A stretch of DNA of 64,000 nt from Epithemia pelagica (lineage: Eukaryota; Protista; Bacillariophyta): positions 6,448,001-6,512,000 of the forward strand of contig OX337228.1 in the NCBI GenBank assembly GCA_946965045.2. Direction: 5' to 3'. A program made the translations under genes and the position numbers. This document shows positions 57,014 through 64,000 of this stretch, piece after piece; position 1 is the first letter of the stretch; each line of letters starts with the position of its first letter. A model generated the notes under the pieces. The model had not been told where the DNA came from. It searched no databases and was given only the letters and a program-made list of their open reading frames with translations.

Positions 57014-57528
57014 GTGGAATGTTTGACAAGACACACCAAAACCATGCCGTTCCAAAGCCAAATCGTTTCTCTGTGTATCGGCCGTGCGCTACGATTCAAA
57101 TTGCTATAAATTCGTGGTGCTGTCGTCAAGGACGAATGGGGAGACGGCAAGAAGTGTCTCGCATCCAGGTCTCCACGAGGCCGTTCCCGGTCGTCTAGAC
57201 CTAGTAGGACCGATTGGACAAACTCTGTGCAAGGACACATGTGCTCCGCCCGATCCAATCACGCTACACATGCCGGTCTCTAGAGGCAAAGTCCAATGGT
57301 GGAGCGGGGCAACATATTGTTGACGCAACTTCACTGTTGCATCTTCGATAGGAGCATTGGATCGACTTGCTCAATGATAGCTAAGGTTATAATAGCCTAT
57401 GGTAAACATTGTGCTTTCACAACTCCGCGATCTAAGAGCGACCTACGACCGATCTTCCACTTCCACGTGGCATGCTTTCCACAATCCGGTTTTTTCCTCT
57501 GCCGAATCTCCTCCACCTCCACATCACC

Positions 57529-57905
57529 ATGGCGGCAACGACGGCAACGCGGGCCAAAGCCCTATCTTTGTACCGACAGCTCCTTCGGGCGGGAGGCAAA
57601 ATGCCTACTCCCAATCGAAGAAAGTTCGTGATTAGTAGGACCAGTACGTGAACGTCAAACACTTCTTTGTTTTGCCGCCATTTGTCTTGAGAGGCTCAAT
57701 GTTTGACTACTGGTGTGTCTGTTTGTTGGTTTTGATGCTTTCCTTTTATGCAGGAATGGAATTCAAGGCAAACAAGGGCTTGACCGATCCTAAGGAAATT
57801 GAGTTTCATATCAAGCTTGCCGATACAAATTTGGATTCTGTATTACTTCAAGCGGAACATTTGACTACGCTAATGAACGATCCGAACTATCAAGTCGACA
57901 TTTAG
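57529..57905 (+). CDS. LYR-motif (LYRM) mitochondrial protein; exons 57529-57643, 57754-57905
   Basis: ALSLYRQLLRAG…|RMEFKANKGLTDPKEI; GTACGT..CAG intron. Confidence 0.85.
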
Positions 57906-57928
57906 GAAGTAAAAGCCGAAGCATCATT

Positions 57929-59371
57929 TCATGAGGAATTCTGTAAATGAAAGGGCACCTGTATGGTCTGGCCACGAAAACGATCTAAATCTTCTCCGGC
58001 ATACGACAAGAGGGGAGAAATCTCACATGGATCGTCCTTGTTTCCATTGCTCTCCTGAAGCTGGGTGCCAACGGATTGTAGCCATTGTTTAGACAAACCT
58101 GTGATCATGGAACGAGCAGTATCTGGACTATCCGAAGGAGAACCAGGGGCGTTCTTTACTGGAGCAAACTCTTCAGATCGTTCCACTTCCCAAACGACAA
58201 ACCGTTCCGACAAGGGAAATACATCAAAAATAAACGTTTCCAATTTGATACCATTGTTCGAGTCTGGTTTCACCGTTGCCTTTTCTTCATCGTTGTAGTA
58301 GGGAATTTTCTTTTGGGCCACATGAAACAAATGATTCATTTGTGGAAGTACCTTGTCTCGCAAGAAGTCGAGAGTGTAGAAATGATTGCAGATATTGCCC
58401 GCACCAAACTCCAGTCGTCCTGTGGCGGCATTCGTACGTTCTGCCATTTCATGCGAAATCTCGGAATACTCCACAACACAGGGACGACCATTGCGCAACG
58501 CTACAACACCAACCTTTTCGTGTGCATGAGACTTGAGCGTGGATTTGTTTCCACAGTCAGCGCCCTTGTCCACACAAAAGCCGACAAAGGCAGGATCTGC
58601 TGGTTTCGCCAATGCGTTATCAATCGAAAAGACATGCAAGTACTTCACGCCTCGTTTCTCCATTTTTTCGAGGGCTCCTGATTTCTTTAAGGAAGGGTAT
58701 ATGCCTCCGTTCCCATCAGGAGACATGGCAACTTTGCTTGGAGTTTCCATTATAACTTTCCCTTCTGGCGTAAAGCAAGGAAGCATCCCTTGCTCAAAGA
58801 GTACGACATTGTCTTCTCCTAATCCAAAAAACTTGTGTTCCGAGAAGAATGCCTTGGTTGCTTCGTGATTCATGGGGGATGTCATGACGTAAAACGGCAA
58901 GGAGGAACTTTTTCCGTCTGCAACGGTTGCCAGTTGTTTGAGTTTCACCAATCTTTCCGCAATCATTTGAAAGAGAGAACTGTGACTGGGCAGTCCGATA
59001 TCGTACATGCCCTTGGGTCCGTCAAAGCCCAAACGAGTGCCTTGTCCACCGGCCAAAACCAACGCTGCTACCTCCCCACGACCAATCGCTGCCAAACCAA
59101 TTTCAGAACATTTCTGGGCCAACGCTTGATCGTCATTCGACCCAACGCCTTCGCCCCCAAACGGTTCAATGGTATTCTGCTGGTCGCTGCTGCCGCTCGT
59201 CGTAGTGGCACGTTGAAACAGGTCGGACAAATCTTCCACCTGTATTGAAGCCAATTGATCTAATAAAGACTCACGGTCCGATGCATCGAGTGTGTCATAG
59301 TATGTGAACACATGGCTTTGGTTTGCGTCTCTGTATCGATCACGAAGACGAGATTCGTCAGTCGTCGACAT
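57929..59371 (-). CDS. UAP1: UDP-N-acetylglucosamine pyrophosphorylase
   Basis: LAGGQGTRLGFDGPKG, PDGNGG, SIDNAL, EYSE, GNICNH, GIKLETFIFDVF, EFAPVKNA. Confidence 0.96.
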   Translation of the reverse strand: MSTTDESRLRDRYRDANQSHVFTYYDTLDASDRESLLDQLASIQVEDLSDLFQRATTTSGSSDQQNTIEPFGGEGVGSNDDQALAQKCSEIGLAAIGRGEVAALVLAGGQGTRLGFDGPKGMYDIGLPSHSSLFQMIAERLVKLKQLATVADGKSSSLPFYVMTSPMNHEATKAFFSEHKFFGLGEDNVVLFEQGMLPCFTPEGKVIMETPSKVAMSPDGNGGIYPSLKKSGALEKMEKRGVKYLHVFSIDNALAKPADPAFVGFCVDKGADCGNKSTLKSHAHEKVGVVALRNGRPCVVEYSEISHEMAERTNAATGRLEFGAGNICNHFYTLDFLRDKVLPQMNHLFHVAQKKIPYYNDEEKATVKPDSNNGIKLETFIFDVFPLSERFVVWEVERSEEFAPVKNAPGSPSDSPDTARSMITGLSKQWLQSVGTQLQESNGNKDDPCEISPLLSYAGEDLDRFRGQTIQVPFHLQNSS

Positions 59372-59707
59372 GGTGGTTCTGTTGTTGGATCTTTCGCAGT
59401 TTGCGTCCCCAGATTGGATCTTTCTTAGGCAAGGCCTGCTTAGTCGTGGTCGCGATTACAGTGGAATTTCAATTAATTGTGGGCGGGTCACGCTCAGACC
59501 GCCACAATTCATGTGGTCGCGACATACAACAAATCCAGAGATCTAAGAGCTTGAGAGGGAATGACATATGTGGATTAATTTAGAACCTTTAGGGAGAAAT
59601 ACTGCGAAATTCTCCCTTGCAATACCCGATATGATATTTTATACTATGAAAATATGAACACAATCTTCCTCATCCATGGTGAGAGTGTTTTCATGCGGTT
59701 CGTCAAG

Positions 59708-62700
59708 TTAGGGACACACAAGGGGAACCGTTGCCGAACAGCAGTCAATGGTACCAATGGACGGCGACGCTTCGCACACCGGGCAGTCTGCCTCCAATCT
59801 ATCGAGACTGGCGAAACGCAGCCCACACACACTACCCGGGATTCCTCCGGTGAATGAATTGTTAAACAGAGTCAATACCTCCAGAAAAAAGAGTGTGGAT
59901 CCCCACTCAGTGGGGATTGTGCCCGTAAACGAGTTGTCGTGGAAAAACAGTTGAGTTGTAGTATCATTCCCGATCCGCGGAGGCAACTGCCCACTGAACC
60001 TGTTTTGCGTCACGGAAAGACTAATCAAACTGGTAAATGTCGAGAAGAACGTAGGGATCGTACCACTGAGATCGTTTTCGTCGATCCAAAGAAATCCTTA
60101 ATTCGACCAAGAAAAAAAACATAAGTGAGATCATACCACGAGCCTCACTCTTGTTCGACCCAGGTCTTGCGAAACGTACGGAGCGTGTCAGCCAAGTTCT
60201 GAGCAAAATTGATGTTGTTTCCAACAAAGCCGCATTTTCTCAGGAAGGCGAAGCGGAGGGCAGGTAGATCTCCAAGTGTGGGAGGAATCGTCGAGTTGAA
60301 TTTGTTGAACTCAATCTCCAGGAACTCTTCAAATAAAACGGACCGAGAATAATGATAAGACTATTGCTCTGACGTGAGTATCTCAACCTCATAGGCAAAG
60401 ATCCACTTACCAAGTGCCGTCATGTCCGACGGAAATGCAGCTCCGTCCAGTGCGCCTGAATACAGATTGCTTGCACATCCGTAGGCAACCAACCTCTTGA
60501 GATTGCCAATTTCAGTTGGGATGCCCGTTAAACTGATAAAGTTGACTTCGTCATGTCGCAACTCAACGAGATTTGTAAGCTGCCCTATAACCGTTGCATA
60601 TTCTTGTAGGGCAAACACTGGAGTTTGCCCAACATCAAGAATTTCAAGAGTAGGACCCAAAAGAGCGAGTTCCTCAGGCATCCGCCCTGTCAGAAGATTA
60701 TTGAACTATTTTGACGTCAGAGAACATGCTTTTCCATAAATGGTCCAGCGAAATAGTGATGACTATGAACCACGTACCATATCAATACCAGTGACTTGTC
60801 CGGCGGCATTACAATTTAACCTCACCCACCCACATTCTGGGCTATTTTCCAGCCAGCCGTTTGTTTGGAGCCAGGGGAAAACCACGCCCTCACCAAATCT
60901 GAGATCGGTGAAAAAAGTCCTCACGTTGTTTGTAGCGAAGTAAAAGCATACCAGTACCCACCGTTGAATCACTTGAGCGTCAGACATTCCTGTTCTGTCC
61001 GAGTCACATAACCACTCAAGTGATTGACTTTGGTATGATGCCGGGTCTGACAAAGCAGTGACATTCAATGATACGCTTTCAATCAAACCACGAACAGTAC
61101 AAGGAGTTGGAGCCGCGGTAGGAGCAACTGTGGAAAAACACAAGAAAAGGTCAGACAAACTGGGAAGGCATAATCGCGGAGCATCCGAGTTTGACTGGAA
61201 GAGTTTACTTTGACTTACGCGTCGTCGGTTGATCCGTTGGTGGATTTGTTGGTGCATTAGTCGGTGGATTTGTGGGTTGATCTGTTGGAGGATTGGTCGG
61301 TGGATTTGTTGGTGCATTGGTCGGTGGATTTGTTGGTTGATCTGTTGGTGGATTAGTCGGTGGATTTGTTGGTTGATCTGTTGGTGGATTAGTCGGTGGA
61401 TTTGTTGGTTGATCTGTTGGTGGATTAGTCGGTGGATTTGTTGGTTGATCTGTTGGTGGATTAGTCGGTGGATTCGTTGGAGCATTTGTTGGCGGATCCG
61501 TTGGAGCATTTGTTGGTGCCGGTGTGGGAGGGGGTGTTACGGCAGTCGGCGGAGGCGTAGCTGGGGTTGGAGCCGAAGTAGGAGCATCTGTGGGTGGATC
61601 TGTCGGCGGATTTGTGGGCGGATTTGTTGGGGGATTAGTCGGTGGGTTTGTTGGCTGATCTGTCGGTGGATTTGTTGGGGGATTAGTCGGCGGATTTGTC
61701 GGCGGGTTTGTTGGTTGATCGGTTGGTGCATTTGTGGGTTGAGGTGTCAGAACCGTGGGTAGATCCGTAATGGAAGTTGGAGCAGGAGTCGGTTCATCCG
61801 TCGGTATGGATGTTGGTTCAAGCGTTGGTTCTGGTGTTGGGACAAGAGTTGGCGTGAGGGTTGGTTCGTCTGTCGGTGGAAGAGTCGTTGGAACCGTTCC
61901 TGGTGTGGGTTCCGTAGTCGGCACTGCGGTTGTCGGTGCATTAGTCGGAATATTGGTGGGCGCATCAGTTGGGGCGTTTGTTGGCGGCACAGTGGGGTCA
62001 ACATTCGTGGGAGATGGAGCAGATGTAGTCGGCGATGTGGGAATATTTGAAGGGGCAAACGAAGGAATATCACTCGGAGAGGCTGACGGAAACGCTGTTG
62101 GCAAGGGAGTTGTCGGGAGAACTCCGGTTGGTGACGATGTCGGTATGTCAGTTGGTGAAGGTGTTGGGCTATCTGTCGTTGGTACGGACGGAGAGGGAGC
62201 ATTGGTCTCCGTTGTTGGACTTGTCGTGGGGTCAAAGGATGGCTCTTCCGTCGGTGTAGATGAAGGGCTTTCTGAAGGTGCATCACTTGGACTAGCAGAA
62301 GGCGATACCGAAGGTGTAGCAGACGGAACATCAGATGGTTCAGCTGAAGGTGTCTGTGATGGACTCGATGACGGTGAATCACTGGGACTAACAGAAGGAC
62401 TAGTAGAAGGAGCATCACTTGGACTTGTAGAAGGAGCATCACTGGGACTTGCAGAAGGTGCATCACTTGGACTGGCAGATGGAGACACCGAAGGTGTTGC
62501 TGACGGGGAATCCGAAGGGGCATCGGAGGGCCGAGCTGAGGGTGTTTCTGACGGAGTTGTTGACGGCGCTTCACTGGGACTGACCGAAGGCGTCTCCGAA
62601 GGTGATGATGAAGGTGACTCCGAAGGTGAGGCTGAAGGCGAAGCAGACGGAGCATCGGACGGCTCGGCTGAGGGTGTCTGCGATGGACTCGACGACGGAG

Positions 62701-63247
62701 CATCACTGGGGCTAATAGAAGGCGATACCGAAGGTCTACTGGACGGGGAATCCGAAGGAACACTCGACGGTGCAGGTGTTGGTGCTGCTGTCGGTGACCC
62801 TGGGGCACTGGATGGTGCCGCCGTGGGAGGGATACTGAACGTTTCTTGGCCAAGTTTGGCGTTCGCCAGAATTTGATCCCAAAATAAAGCAGAATCGAAT
62901 CGTTCCACGTTTTCATTAGGCGAAGAAGACTCCTGTTCGTTTGTTCTCATATAGTAATCAACGTTTTGTGTTCGATCAACTAGTTTTCGCTTTTCATGAT
63001 AGGTTGGAAGGAGTTTGATTCCTCTCTCTTCCATGATCTTCTCAGCTTCCTTTTGAAGCCGTCTTCTATGGTTTCCCCGACGATCATGATATGTTCGTAA
63101 CTCTTCATTTCTGTACCATATTCTCTTCTCCTCTTCGCTCTTCGCTTCGTAGTATTCTAGATTGCGATTGTACGCTGTAACCTTAGTATCTAGAAAGAGA
63201 AGGATTGATACTAACAGCACGAATGATCTCATTGCGGCTAATGGCAT
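59708..63247 (-). CDS. Secreted mucin-stalk (PS/PT-rich) leucine-rich-repeat protein; exons 63247-61219, 61127-60778, 60705-60411, 60326-60180, 60096-59708
   Basis: Signal peptide; long PS/PT repeats; SYQSQSLEWL…RWVLVCFYFAT…WL…ECGW..L.C cap; LRRs (N.L.G.IP); four introns splice in frame. Confidence 0.87.
61229..62800 (-). repeat. Coding tandem repeats of the mucin stalk: 36-bp PTNPPTNPPTDQ units and 24-bp PS(A/V)SPS(D/E)A units
   Basis: Several near-identical 36-mers at 61330-61470; degenerate PS repeats at 62250-62800. Confidence 0.85.
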
Positions 63248-64000
63248 CACGCCGCAATATATGTCCCGTCTCTGATCTCCTCTGATCTCCTCTGATCTCT
63301 TGTTTCGAGAGGAAGAATGTGACTCTCATTCAACTGAATGCTGTCCCGTGTTCTTACTTGCGTACTTGGAACGATAAAAATGTGTGAGCGCATTCAACTG
63401 TCGCTCACGCCTCGCGTATCCTCGCTGAATTTATCTTGTTAAGTGCTATTAATATCTCATACCAATAGTAGCATGCGTTGAGAATGCCTATGCTGACAGT
63501 CCGGTTGCCATGCTCGGAGTATGATTGGATTCAACAGCTCTTCATCGCCAATCGTCAAAAGATCATCCTTCTAGGTAAATAAAGACTGCACGTGCGACGC
63601 ACCGGCATAGCCATGTCTATATATAACAGTAGAATCGATGGTCTACTTCCGACACAATTGATTCGCCCACGGACCTGCCAACTTGGATACTCTGGTACCC
63701 GGCCGGCGCTCAATCCGCTTTGCATTCTTGCAGCCGCATTGACTCTATCCTTGTGCTGTATTATGTGCATGGATTCAGAACAAAATTGGTAGACAACAAC
63801 GCAACGAAGAGTAGAGAGCATACCTCGACGAGATTGCCATACCTGAAGAGAGAGCAACCTAATTCGACGAAAGACAAACAACTATCTGTCTCTCGTCCGA
63901 ACCGATTGAAACAGACAATCACTAAACACTTTTCAATTCGCAATTGTTGTGATCAACGAAATTGAATGGATCTACCATGTCGCTGAAAATGGAATCGGTT

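Noticed and set aside
63271-63300. (TCTGATCTCC)3 upstream of the LRR gene
   Set aside because: Short tandem repeat with no evidence of function.

Overview
A gene-dense 64 kb window of a eukaryotic nuclear genome. It is most likely a pennate diatom (inference), based on short GT-AG introns, bipartite ASAFAP-type plastid presequences, and mucin-stalk LRR and Kelch proteins of the kind expanded in diatoms. About 25 apparently intact genes are recognisable, including RPS7, MFS, EF1B, calflagin-like, YVH1-like, ACP, RHL1-like, mitochondrial carrier, SAICAR synthetase, p24, PDZ-ferredoxin, RPB5, Kelch, CAP/Srv2, plasmepsin V-like protease, CAND1, cathepsin L, a PGI-like protein, LYRM, UAP1 and an LRR-mucin. 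They are interrupted by two decaying, rearranged zones (about 3.7-11.9 kb and 26-30.2 kb). Most notable: (1) an unclassified element of about 750 bp flanked by an 11-bp direct repeat, made of an 8-mer microsatellite and three tandem multi-hairpin units with a cUUCGg loop; (2) a TA-flanked MITE that inserted into a TAG stop codon and supplies a new C-terminus; (3) reciprocal decay of a duplicated divergent gene pair (carrier/purC); (4) an intact PGI homolog lacking catalytic residues; (5) a degenerate PurE fused N-terminally to PurC; (6) twin dense TGACG clusters in a divergent promoter; (7) a 64-bp piece of the protease gene shared with a broken ORF 39 kb away. No tRNA, rRNA or CRISPR array was seen. 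All family assignments come from motif recognition by eye, and no database searches were run.
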